Positions 26,949 to 36,142 of a stretch of DNA of 64,000 nt are shown in pieces. The notes beneath the pieces were generated by a model, which saw nothing but the letters and a program-made list of their open reading frames with translations, was not told the origin of the DNA and did no database searches. Where the stretch lies: contig JAUNVR010000002.1 in assembly GCA_030537595.1 (NCBI GenBank), positions 5,750 through 69,749 on the forward strand. The letters are read 5' to 3'. A program made the position numbers and the translations under genes. The DNA comes from Eubacteriales bacterium (GTDB lineage Bacteria > Bacillota > Clostridia > Saccharofermentanales > DTU023). Position 1 is the first letter of the stretch, and the number at the start of each line of letters is the position of its first letter.

Positions 26949-28409
26949 ATGGCTCAGAAAATTAAATTTAAGGAGCACTGCATTAGTAGACTGCTTGCTC
27001 TCTGTCTAGCATTAGCTTTTATCGCGCTAATGCCAATTTCGATTGTCCAGGCAAAGAAAAGTTATTCAAGCTGGCAGGAGCTGGCTGAGGATATGCACAT
27101 TTGTTTTGAGGAAGCGCTTCAGTTTATCGATGAAGGTGAAATGCGTGCGGCCTACGACAAAATGAATGAAGCCTATTTTGGTCACTATGAGGTGCAGGGT
27201 TTTGAAGCAAACGTAATGAACTACATTGCTTCAAAGCGAGTCAATCACATTGAAGCTCTCTTCCGTGAGATTAAGCATGCCCTCTTAGGTAACTATGAGC
27301 ATCATGAAACTGAGATCAAGGAAAGAATCATCCTGCTCGATGGTAAGGTTTACCGTGATGCGATGGTTCTTGATGGGGTTGCCGACAAGGACTCCGAGGA
27401 TGAGGTCGGGCAAATTGTTTTTGCTGACAATGAGGAGAGTTTGAATATCTTCTTAGCAGCCCTCGGCCTGAGTGAAGATGCTGAAGAGCAAGCAGCAGAT
27501 GGTGAATCTGCACTCGAAGCTGCAGCTGCTGCAAAGGCTGCGGCACAGAGCCAACAGGTTGATCCTGCAGTTAAGAACAGACGTTCCTTTGTAACTTCTT
27601 TTGTCTTAATGCTACGTGAGGGTATGGAGGCGATTCTAGTTTGCGTTGCCATCATTACCTATCTCGTTAAAACCGGCAATGGTCACCTGCGTAAAGCTGT
27701 TTACTACGGCATGCTCGCAGGTTTGGGTGGCAGTATTATTTTAGCCTTCCTCGTCCATCACTTCCTCGGCGGCGTGGGTCAGGAGCTAATTGAAGGCTGG
27801 ACTATGTTCCTCGCCGTAATTGTGCTCTTCTGGGTCAGTAACTGGATGCTCTCTAAGAGTGAGGAAGAGGCCTGGGAAGCTTATATCGAGGGTCAGGTGC
27901 GGCGTTCAATCGATCGGCGGAGCATGATTGGTTTAGTTGGTGCAGCCTTCCTTGCCGTAATTCGTGAAGGGGCTGAGTTAATACTCTTCTATCGGGCTTC
28001 CTTTGGTAGTTCAATGACCAGCTCTAAAGCTGCTATTTATGGTCTGCTCGCTGCAGTTGCCGTCCTAGTTGCAGTCTTTTTAATCCTGCGGTACACTACT
28101 GTTCGCCTACCCTTAAAACCCTTCTTCTTTATCACAAGTATCCTGCTTTATGTGCTGTGTATCAGCTTCATGGGCAAGGGAGTTAAGGAGCTTGCAGAGG
28201 CCGGCGTGATTTCCGGTGTAACAACCATCCCTGCAATGAAGGGCTTCCAGATTGATGCGCTTGGCATCTACGATAGAGCGGAAACAATTATTCCGCAGAT
28301 TATGTTGTTAATTGCTTCTTTGTGGATTTTGATCTCGCATGCTGCGAAGTCGAGAGCTGAGAAGAAGAAATTAAATAAAACCGTTGTCGAATCATCTACC
28401 GACAAGTAG
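26949..28409 (+). CDS. FTR1/EfeU-family high-affinity iron permease with an N-terminal extracytoplasmic domain
   Basis: 486 aa with two REGxE motifs (LREGMEAIL and IREGAELIL) in a 7-TM core. The first ~200 aa form a signal/anchor, a helical domain and an Ala/Glu-rich linker. Confidence 0.85.
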   Translation: MAQKIKFKEHCISRLLALCLALAFIALMPISIVQAKKSYSSWQELAEDMHICFEEALQFIDEGEMRAAYDKMNEAYFGHYEVQGFEANVMNYIASKRVNHIEALFREIKHALLGNYEHHETEIKERIILLDGKVYRDAMVLDGVADKDSEDEVGQIVFADNEESLNIFLAALGLSEDAEEQAADGESALEAAAAAKAAAQSQQVDPAVKNRRSFVTSFVLMLREGMEAILVCVAIITYLVKTGNGHLRKAVYYGMLAGLGGSIILAFLVHHFLGGVGQELIEGWTMFLAVIVLFWVSNWMLSKSEEEAWEAYIEGQVRRSIDRRSMIGLVGAAFLAVIREGAELILFYRASFGSSMTSSKAAIYGLLAAVAVLVAVFLILRYTTVRLPLKPFFFITSILLYVLCISFMGKGVKELAEAGVISGVTTIPAMKGFQIDALGIYDRAETIIPQIMLLIASLWILISHAAKSRAEKKKLNKTVVESSTDK

Positions 28410-28445
28410 ATTTTTCGTACCACAATACGATCAGGAGGATTGTAT

Positions 28446-29207
28446 ATGAAAAAAACATTTATGAGCACCGTATTAGCAATGCTGATGTGCTTGGTCCTAG
28501 TCTTTGGCTTAGTCGCTTGTGACTCACAGAAGCAGGCCGCAGACCCCACAGAAGCACCAGTTGCTGATGCAGAGCCCGCAGTTGAAGCTGAAGCAGAAGA
28601 TGCAGAAGCAGCAGTAGCTGATGAAGCTGAAAAAGCCGAAGAGGCTGAAGCAGAGCAAGCTGGCTCACCGGAGTTACCCGGCGAATCAGGCTTCCTCGAA
28701 ATCGAAATCGGCGACCTGCAGATCGCTGGTCCTTTCCAGGTTCAGTTAGTTTACTTCCAGGGCGTTGATATGATTCCTGCAGGTAAGCAACCCAGCGCTG
28801 ACGAATCAGACATGCACTTGGAAGCTGACATCCACCTCTTACCGGAATTTGCTCCGCAATTCGGTTTTGGTGCTGGTGAAGATATTTGGCCTGCCTACCT
28901 CACTGTTGACTACAAGGTCTTAAGTGAAGATGGTCAGACTGAAATCACCTCAGGTTCAATGATGCCGATGAACGCCGATGACGGCCCTCACTACGGTATC
29001 AATATCAAGAAGGGTTTAATCCCTGTTGGTAAGTATCAGATCGTTCTGGAATTCAGACCTTCAGATGACTACCTGCTGCACGTTGACTCCGAGACCGGCG
29101 TACCTCTGGCACGCACCGAGGGCTTGGATGCAACCTCAACCTACTACGAGCAACAAACTGTTACAGTTGAGTGGAACTACACCGGTGAACAGCTCGAAAA
29201 CAAATAA
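28446..29207 (+). CDS. P19/Tp34/FetP-type iron-transport lipoprotein
   Basis: Lipobox GLVAC and an Ala/Glu-rich tether. The metal-site motifs MHLEADIHLL and DDGPHYGINI are typical of the P19/Tp34 family. The ATG at 28446 lies 7 nt after the AGGAGG. Confidence 0.8.
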   Translation: MKKTFMSTVLAMLMCLVLVFGLVACDSQKQAADPTEAPVADAEPAVEAEAEDAEAAVADEAEKAEEAEAEQAGSPELPGESGFLEIEIGDLQIAGPFQVQLVYFQGVDMIPAGKQPSADESDMHLEADIHLLPEFAPQFGFGAGEDIWPAYLTVDYKVLSEDGQTEITSGSMMPMNADDGPHYGINIKKGLIPVGKYQIVLEFRPSDDYLLHVDSETGVPLARTEGLDATSTYYEQQTVTVEWNYTGEQLENK

Positions 29208-29221
29208 GCAATAAACCTTAT

Positions 29222-29264
29222 AGCAAACGGAGTAGGAGATTTTCTGCTGCTCCGTTTGCTTTTT
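29222..29264 (+). terminator. Strong hairpin plus T-run between the P19 gene and the DUF2318 gene
   Basis: agcaaacggag / ctccgtttgct forms an 11-bp stem with a 17-nt loop, followed by TTTTT. Confidence 0.75.
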
Positions 29265-29288
29265 ACTTAATCAAGAGGGGTCATATAA

Positions 29289-30596
29289 TTGTCAGATTTT
29301 TTTATTGAAATCATTCGCTACTTACTAGCCCCGAGTATCCTGCTTGCTGTCATTGCTGGTTTTTGCCTGCATTATGGACAGAAGTATGAACGCTTGCTGG
29401 CCGCTGTCCTTGCGGGAGGCGGGCTATTTTTCAGTTTAGGGATTTACACTGCAAAACGTTTGCAGCCAAAGAAGCTCCTAAAAACCTTAACCAGGCTTAA
29501 TCGCCAGCTTTTGGCAGCAGCTTTTATCCTTTTGCTGCTTGCGATTATTGTCTTTGTAATTTTTATTTTATTTGCGCGGCGTGCGCGCGCTGAAGGCGAT
29601 GAGAAAAAGGCTTTTTCCAAAGTACTTGGATCATTATTTATCATTCTTTCCAGCCTGGCATTTGGAGCTATCCTGGCCAGCAGTTTACCCTTTGTACTCC
29701 TGAAAACTAAGGAGTTTGTCGCTTTCGGTGAAGATTCCTTCGGGACCTCTTCTCTCTTTAGGGTCGGCGGTTACTTGAGTGGTGCGCTCGTGCTCTTCAT
29801 GTTGGGTCTTTCTCTTTTCCAACTGTATCGGCGCTTAAGTAAGGCTCCTTTTAATCTTTTTGCCTTGCTGATTCTGCTGGCTTTAGACTTTGACTATGCT
29901 TTAAAGGGGATTAGTGCCCTGGCTCGTCTGCATATTCTGAAAAGTAGTAATGACCTAGTTTTCAGGGTGATGATTTTAGACGATAAGAGCCTCGGATTAA
30001 ATGCCTTCATATATTTGGCCGTGATTAGCATGACTGCGCTTTATGTTTATTTCACGCATCGCCATTTAAAGGGCGAATTTGCGACACCGGCACGCCGTAG
30101 AAAGGCGCGGTGGTGGTTAAGAAATTGTCGTCGTTGGTCAGTTTCTGCAGTCGTCTTTATCTTAATTTCTTACCTAGCCGTTACGGTGCTTTTGGCCTAT
30201 GTCAGTCGGCCGGTTGTTTTGACACCGCCTCAGGAATATCAGGAAACTAAGGACTTAATCATTATTCCACTCGAGGATGTTGATGATGGTCACCTCCATC
30301 GTTTCTCCTATGAATTCGAGGGCCATGATATTCGCTTTATCATCGTTAAAAAGCCTCAAGGCAGTGCCTATGGAGTCGGCCTCGATGCCTGTGATATCTG
30401 TGGTGTGGCAGGTTACTATGAGCGGAATGATGATGTTATTTGTAAACGCTGCGACGTGGTGATGAATAAGGCGACAATCGGTTTTAAAGGTGGCTGTAAT
30501 CCGGTACCTTTTAACTACGATTTAAAAGATGGCCAGATTATTATTGAAAAGACCGTGCTCGAGGCGGAAAAGAATCGTTTCCCGATTGGCCGTTAA
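29289..30596 (+). CDS. DUF2318-type polytopic membrane protein with a C-terminal Cys-rich (CxxC...CxxC) domain
   Basis: 435 aa with a TTG start and about 7 hydrophobic helices. The soluble C-terminus reads GLDACDICGVAGYYERNDDVICKRCDVVM...GGCNP. It occupies the same position as Cj1660/FlcA in P19 loci. Confidence 0.7.
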   Translation: MSDFFIEIIRYLLAPSILLAVIAGFCLHYGQKYERLLAAVLAGGGLFFSLGIYTAKRLQPKKLLKTLTRLNRQLLAAAFILLLLAIIVFVIFILFARRARAEGDEKKAFSKVLGSLFIILSSLAFGAILASSLPFVLLKTKEFVAFGEDSFGTSSLFRVGGYLSGALVLFMLGLSLFQLYRRLSKAPFNLFALLILLALDFDYALKGISALARLHILKSSNDLVFRVMILDDKSLGLNAFIYLAVISMTALYVYFTHRHLKGEFATPARRRKARWWLRNCRRWSVSAVVFILISYLAVTVLLAYVSRPVVLTPPQEYQETKDLIIIPLEDVDDGHLHRFSYEFEGHDIRFIIVKKPQGSAYGVGLDACDICGVAGYYERNDDVICKRCDVVMNKATIGFKGGCNPVPFNYDLKDGQIIIEKTVLEAEKNRFPIGR

Positions 30597-30621
30597 ATCC
30601 GGAAAGTGATAGGAGATAAGC

Positions 30622-31905
30622 ATGTTTTGGAGAATGGTTCGCGGAACCTTATTCCGACAAAAAAGCAAGATGTTAATGATTGCCTTTACCGTGGCTTTGG
30701 GTATTTCGCTCTGTACTGCAATGATGAACGTAATGCTCGGAGTTGGTGATAAAATAAATCAGGAATTAAAGACCTACGGTGCCAATATCAACGTGGTGCC
30801 AAAGGATGCTTCCTTATTGGATGATCTTTATGGTATTTCGGAAGGTGTCGGGGTCAGTGATAAGTTCTTAAATGAAGAAGACGTGCCCAAGATAAAACAA
30901 ATTTTCTGGGGCTTTAATATTGTCGATTTTGCGCCCTTTTTAAATGTCAAAGCTCAGTCTGATGATTTAGGGCAAGAGATAAATGTAATGGGCACCTGGT
31001 TCAAAAAAGAATTTGTTTTGCCAACTGGTGAAGATGTAGTAGCCGGGATTAGCAGCATGAAGAACTGGTGGACAGTTGAAGGTGAGTGGTTACAGGACTC
31101 GGATTCAGAGGGAATTATGCTCGGCAGTTTAATTGCCGGGCGCAATGGTTTAAAACTAGGCGATAAACTCAGCCTGAGTAGTGCCGGCGGTGAAAAGACT
31201 TTTCTAGTGCGCGGTATTATCCAGGCTGGTGGGCCAGAAGATGAGGAAGTTTTCATGAATCTGGCGAGTGCGCAAGCTATTTCTGGGCTTGAAGGCAAGG
31301 TCTCGAGTATCGAGGTCTCAGCCCTGACGACCCCGGATAATGACTTGGCTAGAAAGGCCTCCCAAAACCCTAAATCCCTGACGCCTTCGGAATATGATGT
31401 CTGGTATTGTACAGCCTATGTCAGTTCGATTTGCTACCAGATTCAGGAGGTTGTCAGCGATGCTGTTGCCAAGCCAATCCGGCAGGTCGCTGAATCGGAG
31501 GGGACGATCTTGAATAAGACCCAACTTCTGATGCTTCTGATTACAATTCTCTCCTCAATCGGCTCAGCCTTAGGTATTAGCAATCTAGTTACAGCCTCAG
31601 TAATTGAAAGAAGGCAGGAAATTGGCCTAATCAAGGCAATTGGTGGTCGCGATATCAGAATCGTGCTCCTAATCCTGACAGAAATTTTATTAACAGGCTT
31701 ATTCGGTGGTGTCCTTGGCTACTTTGCTGGCTTAGCATTTACCCAGATCATCGGTCTGACCGTCTTTGGCTCACGAATTCCTCTGGCCCCGATGGTTATC
31801 CCAATCGACTTAGTCCTCTTATTAGCGGTAATCCTGATTGGTAGTATCCCCTCAATTCGCTATTTATTAAGACTAAAGCCGACAGAAGTTCTCCACGGGA
31901 GGTAG
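30622..31905 (+). CDS. FtsX/MacB-type ABC permease (first of a pair)
   Basis: 427 aa with an N-terminal TM helix, a large extracytoplasmic domain, and a C-terminal 3-TM FtsX domain (ERRQEIGLIKAIGG). Confidence 0.85.
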   Translation: MFWRMVRGTLFRQKSKMLMIAFTVALGISLCTAMMNVMLGVGDKINQELKTYGANINVVPKDASLLDDLYGISEGVGVSDKFLNEEDVPKIKQIFWGFNIVDFAPFLNVKAQSDDLGQEINVMGTWFKKEFVLPTGEDVVAGISSMKNWWTVEGEWLQDSDSEGIMLGSLIAGRNGLKLGDKLSLSSAGGEKTFLVRGIIQAGGPEDEEVFMNLASAQAISGLEGKVSSIEVSALTTPDNDLARKASQNPKSLTPSEYDVWYCTAYVSSICYQIQEVVSDAVAKPIRQVAESEGTILNKTQLLMLLITILSSIGSALGISNLVTASVIERRQEIGLIKAIGGRDIRIVLLILTEILLTGLFGGVLGYFAGLAFTQIIGLTVFGSRIPLAPMVIPIDLVLLLAVILIGSIPSIRYLLRLKPTEVLHGR

Positions 31906-31908
31906 AAT

Positions 31909-33111
31909 ATGACTAAGCGTAAAATGTATTTAAAAATGATCAGCAGTTCGCTACTGCGACGCCGGTCGAGAATGCTTGTCGCCCTTTTGGCAATTGCCAT
32001 TGGCGCCACAATCATGTCCGGTATGGTCACGATTTATTACGATATCCCCCGTCAGCTCGGCAAGGAGTTCCGTTCCTATGGAGCGAACTTTGTGGTCTTA
32101 CCTAATGGTGATAAGAAAATCATGGAGGAAGATTTAGCGGCTGTCCATCAGTCAATAGATCAGAATAAATTAGTTGGCCTAGCTCCTTATCGCTATGAAA
32201 CAACAAAGATCAATCAAAAGCCTTATATTTTGGCCGGGACAATTATGGATGAGGCCAAAAAGAACAGTCCCTTCTGGTATGTTGAAGGTGAGTGGGCGGA
32301 CAATAATGACCGCACGGAAGTAATGATTGGTAAGGAAATTGCGCGCACCTTGAACCTATCAATTGGCGATAGTTTCCAGGTGGACGGAGTTAAATATGGC
32401 CACGAAGTCGTCGGCACAAAACAGGACGACAAAACTGAGGACTATCTTAAAAAATCGACAACTGATGATTATTACAGTCAAAAGTTCACGGTCAAAGGCA
32501 TTATCACTACTGGTGGTGCTGAGGAAGGCTTTATTTTCTTAAATGTTTCAGTTTTGAACGAGCTTTTGGAAGATGAGCTCCGCTTAGATGGGATTGAGTG
32601 CAGTATTGAAGGCAATCAGGCCGAGCTTGAGCAGTTGGCGACAAAGCTGAATGCTGCAAACGAAAACCTAGTTGGCCGTCCGGTCAAAAGGGTAACTCAA
32701 TCTCAGGACACGGTTTTAAATAAGTTGAAAGCTCTGGTCTTACTGGTAAATCTAGTCGTTTTGATGTTGACCATGATTTCCGTTTTTACAACCATGCTCG
32801 CGGTAGTTGCCGAGCGCAGAAAAGAAATTGGCCTGAAAAAGGCTCTCGGCGCGGCCGACAAAGAGATTATGAAAGAATTTTTTGGTGAAGGTTTCGGTCT
32901 CGGCCTTTTAGGTGGGGCTTTGGGTGTAGTCCTGGGCTTCTTCTTTGCTCAGCGGGTTAGCCTAAGCGTCTTTGGCCGGGCAATTGAGTTTTCACCAATG
33001 ATTATCCCACTGACCTTAATTGCCTCAACCATAATTACTGTGGTTGCTAGTATTTGGCCGGTCAGACAGGCTACTAAGGTAGATCCGGCTATCGTCTTAC
33101 GTGGGGAATAG
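31909..33111 (+). CDS. FtsX/MacB-type ABC permease (second of a pair)
   Basis: 400 aa with the same architecture (ERRKEIGLKKALGA). It starts 3 nt after the previous gene. Confidence 0.85.
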   Translation: MTKRKMYLKMISSSLLRRRSRMLVALLAIAIGATIMSGMVTIYYDIPRQLGKEFRSYGANFVVLPNGDKKIMEEDLAAVHQSIDQNKLVGLAPYRYETTKINQKPYILAGTIMDEAKKNSPFWYVEGEWADNNDRTEVMIGKEIARTLNLSIGDSFQVDGVKYGHEVVGTKQDDKTEDYLKKSTTDDYYSQKFTVKGIITTGGAEEGFIFLNVSVLNELLEDELRLDGIECSIEGNQAELEQLATKLNAANENLVGRPVKRVTQSQDTVLNKLKALVLLVNLVVLMLTMISVFTTMLAVVAERRKEIGLKKALGAADKEIMKEFFGEGFGLGLLGGALGVVLGFFFAQRVSLSVFGRAIEFSPMIIPLTLIASTIITVVASIWPVRQATKVDPAIVLRGE

Positions 33112-33120
33112 GAGTTTAAT

Positions 33121-33876
33121 ATGTCAGAGTTAAAACAAGAGCAAAATCTGAAGCAGGCTTTAGCAACTGAGACTAAAGCTCAGGAAGCATCTAGCTCAGA
33201 TATTTTACTAGAGTTAAAGGGTGTTTCAAAAATTTATGAAACAGTAAATGCGCTGCAAGACATTAATCTTACCGTGCGTAAAAATGAGTGGATTTCCGTC
33301 ATGGGTTCTTCAGGCTCAGGTAAGACAACCCTGATGAATATTGTCGGTTGCATGGATAAGCCTTCTACGGGCGCGGTATTACTAGACGGCCAGGATATTA
33401 CAAAAGAGAGTCAGAAGAGCCTGACGACAATTCGGCGGGAAAAAATTGGCCTGATTTTCCAACAGTTCCACCTGATTCAGTTTTTGACTGCAGTGGAGAA
33501 TGTAATGGTTGCCCAGTACTACCACAGTATGCCTGATGAAGAGGAGGCGATGGCCGCTTTGGAGAAGGTTGGCTTGAAAGATCGAGCCAAACACTTACCG
33601 AGTCAGTTATCTGGTGGTGAGCAGCAAAGAGTTTGTATTGCTAGAGCCTTGATTAACAATCCCGAGTTAATTTTGGCCGATGAGCCGACTGGTAACCTGG
33701 ATGAGGAGAATGAGCAGATGGTCATTGGAATTCTGCGCCGGCTCCATGACGAGGGGGCAACAATTATGGTTGTGACCCATGACCCAGAAGTCGGTGATGA
33801 GGCTGACCGGAAGGTTGTTTTAGACTACGGCAGAATTAAGGAAATCGTTGACCTCAAGGCTTTAAAACAGAACTAA
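33121..33876 (+). CDS. ABC transporter ATP-binding protein (MacB/LolD type)
   Basis: Walker A GSSGSGKTT, Q-loop, signature LSGGEQQR, Walker B ILADEPTGNLD, H-loop VTHD. Confidence 0.92.
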   Translation: MSELKQEQNLKQALATETKAQEASSSDILLELKGVSKIYETVNALQDINLTVRKNEWISVMGSSGSGKTTLMNIVGCMDKPSTGAVLLDGQDITKESQKSLTTIRREKIGLIFQQFHLIQFLTAVENVMVAQYYHSMPDEEEAMAALEKVGLKDRAKHLPSQLSGGEQQRVCIARALINNPELILADEPTGNLDEENEQMVIGILRRLHDEGATIMVVTHDPEVGDEADRKVVLDYGRIKEIVDLKALKQN

Positions 33877-33950
33877 TAGCTAGCTTGAATTAAGCTTATA
33901 ATGAAATTAGCTTGCTGAACTAAGATTCACCAGCTTAAGGGAGGAAAATT

Positions 33951-34388
33951 ATGAAAGAGAAAATTTTAAGTAGAAGTACTACTTTAATCGCAGCCCTATT
34001 AGTCCTACTGATGGCTTCTGCGCTGTTTAGTGCCTGCTCGAAAAAGGCCAAGTTCAATCCTGAGCAGCTAAAAGATGGCAGTTATACTGGAGAGTTCGTT
34101 GATGATGATGAGAATCCTTCCAGAGTAGAGGTCGAATTGACCATCGAGGGTGGGAAGATTATTAAATGTGAGGCTGCAGAATATGATCACAATGGCAATT
34201 TGAAGGCCGAGGAATATGCTGCAATTAGTCCTGAGGCTGCGAAGGCAGTTGAGGGTATGAGAGAGTATCCGGACTTGCTTTTAAAGGCTCAAGATCCGGA
34301 CACAATTGATGCCGTCTCCGGAGCGACAATTTCTTTGGATCGTTTCAAAGCGGCGGTCTGGGATGCATTAAAGAAAGCAGAAAATTAG
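33951..34388 (+). CDS. FMN-binding-domain lipoprotein with a flavinylation motif
   Basis: 145 aa with lipobox LFSAC. The C-terminal DAVSGATIS (nt 34308-34334) matches the D-x-x-[ST]-G-A-[TS] site where FMN is covalently attached in NqrC/RnfG/PplA-type FMN_bind domains. Confidence 0.75.
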   Translation: MKEKILSRSTTLIAALLVLLMASALFSACSKKAKFNPEQLKDGSYTGEFVDDDENPSRVEVELTIEGGKIIKCEAAEYDHNGNLKAEEYAAISPEAAKAVEGMREYPDLLLKAQDPDTIDAVSGATISLDRFKAAVWDALKKAEN

Positions 34389-34440
34389 CTGCCTTTCAGC
34401 CCGCCAATAAGGGCCGTAAATAATTCCAATTAGAGAAGAG

Positions 34441-34899
34441 TTGACTATGAATATACTTAAAGAGAATCGTTTTTTAAATCTGCTGCAGTGTTTTTTAGCT
34501 GTAATCCTAGCTCTAGTTCCTTTTGTGATTAAGCCAGTATGTCGCAGCTTAATGAAGAATGGGCTTCCAATGCCTTGCCATTATTCAGGCATTTTAATAA
34601 CTGTGTTAGCCCTGGTCGTGGCAGCAGTCAACCTGCTTGCATTTTGCTTGAAAAAGTCTGTATTTACTCTAATCAGCAATATAGTTAGTATTCTCTTAAT
34701 TGCCTTGGCATACTTACTGCCAAGTCGAATAATCACTTTGCCTTTTTCTTTCCTGCCTCGCTTTGGGCTCTGCCAATCTGCTGGGATGTCCTGTCGCCAC
34801 TCCTTTCATTGGGTGACAGTGCTAATTGTCTTAATCGGACTCGTGGCAGTGATTCAATTAATAATTTTGGCAGTTGGCCAGAATAAGGCTAAGGTTTAG
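34441..34899 (+). CDS. Small 4-TM Cys/His-containing membrane protein (DUF4418-like)
   Basis: 152 aa with four hydrophobic helices and the motifs PMPCHYSG and MSCRHSFHW. The family name is from memory, and the family is typically adjacent to FtsX-type ABC pumps. Confidence 0.5.
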   Translation: MTMNILKENRFLNLLQCFLAVILALVPFVIKPVCRSLMKNGLPMPCHYSGILITVLALVVAAVNLLAFCLKKSVFTLISNIVSILLIALAYLLPSRIITLPFSFLPRFGLCQSAGMSCRHSFHWVTVLIVLIGLVAVIQLIILAVGQNKAKV

Positions 34900-34907
34900 G
34901 TGTTTCA

Positions 34908-36107
34908 ATGCAAGAAGGATTAAGTACACGGCGTCTAGCTAAGGGGAATATCAGTCGTAAACCATTACGGAGCTTTGGCCTAATCTTCCTCGTGGCCTGT
35001 CTCAGCGCCTTACTCTTCTTTGGGACTCACTTGAATCAAAGCTTGGCGCGCGGCTTAAATAGCCTCTCGGAGCGGCTTGGAGCTGATGTGATGGTAGTTC
35101 CTGCTGGCTATAAGGCCAATCTTGAAAGTATTCTTTTAAAAGGTGAGCCAAGTACTTTCTACTTACCGGCTGAGATTATGGAAGAGTTGGCAGACTTTCC
35201 CGGGATTCAGGCAGCGAGCCCTCAGCTTTATGTGGCGACTCTTTCGGCTTCCTGTTGTTCTTATCCGGTGCAGATTATTGGCATAGATCCAGCAAGTGAC
35301 TTCTTAATCGAGCCGTGGTTGGCCGATAGTTTAAAGCATGAGCTACCCGATGGGGAGGCCATGGTTGGCGGCAATATCATTGGCGAAGCAGGGGATGAGG
35401 TCCATTTCTTTGACCAAAGTCTAAGAATTGCTGGACGCCTCGAAAAAACAGGGATGGGCTTTGACTCGACTGTTTTCGTGACCATGGACACGGCCCTAAA
35501 ACTAGCACGCGCGAGTGAGCGGATGGGCGCAAACCCAGCTGCCGCCGGAGCGCAGATCTCCTGTGTCATGATTAAGGTGAAGCCGGGGATTGATTCGGCC
35601 AAGCTTGCTAGCCTAATTACTGAAAAGCTAAGTGATCAGGGCGTATTTGCAATGTTCGGCAAACGTATAATCAACTCAGTAGGCGCAAATTTGGCTCTTC
35701 TTTCGAGGTATATAAATGTCACAATGTTGGCGCTTTGGCTGGTTTCATTCCTAGTCTTGGCACTGGCTTTCTCGACTATGATAAATGAGCGTAAGCGTGA
35801 GATGGCAGTGTTGAGAGTTTTGGGAGCTGAGCAGCGGAAGATTCGTAATATCTTCCTCTATGAAAGTACTAGCCTGTGCTTATATGGGGGCCTAATCGGG
35901 CTTTTATTGGGCCTTGTCCTGTCCTTAGCTGTAGCTCCGCAATTGAGTAAAAGTTTAAGTATTCCCTTTAGAAGTCTAGGGCTTGTAGAAAACCTTGCTT
36001 TGGCAGGCCTGACTATACTGCTGGTCTTAGTAATTGGTCCCTTGGCGGCAATCCCTGCTATTCGCAGATTTAGCCGGGAAGATCCCTGTCGTTATATCAG
36101 AGACTGA
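34908..36107 (+). CDS. FtsX/MacB-type ABC permease (third copy)
   Basis: 399 aa with an N-terminal TM helix, an extracytoplasmic domain, and the FtsX C-terminus (ERKREMAVLRVLGA). Confidence 0.85.
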   Translation: MQEGLSTRRLAKGNISRKPLRSFGLIFLVACLSALLFFGTHLNQSLARGLNSLSERLGADVMVVPAGYKANLESILLKGEPSTFYLPAEIMEELADFPGIQAASPQLYVATLSASCCSYPVQIIGIDPASDFLIEPWLADSLKHELPDGEAMVGGNIIGEAGDEVHFFDQSLRIAGRLEKTGMGFDSTVFVTMDTALKLARASERMGANPAAAGAQISCVMIKVKPGIDSAKLASLITEKLSDQGVFAMFGKRIINSVGANLALLSRYINVTMLALWLVSFLVLALAFSTMINERKREMAVLRVLGAEQRKIRNIFLYESTSLCLYGGLIGLLLGLVLSLAVAPQLSKSLSIPFRSLGLVENLALAGLTILLVLVIGPLAAIPAIRRFSREDPCRYIRD

Positions 36108-36142
36108 TCAAGAGAGATATTTGGAAAGCTAGGAGATAGTTA

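Noticed and set aside
27470-28680. GCAGAAGC/GCTGAAGC-rich stretches that look like degenerate tandem repeats and spawn several antisense ORFs (27328-27655, 28459-28668).
   Set aside because: They translate in frame as Ala/Glu-rich linkers, one in the FTR1 N-terminal domain and one in the P19 lipoprotein tether. The periodicity is codon-level low complexity, not a DNA repeat element or a CRISPR-like array.
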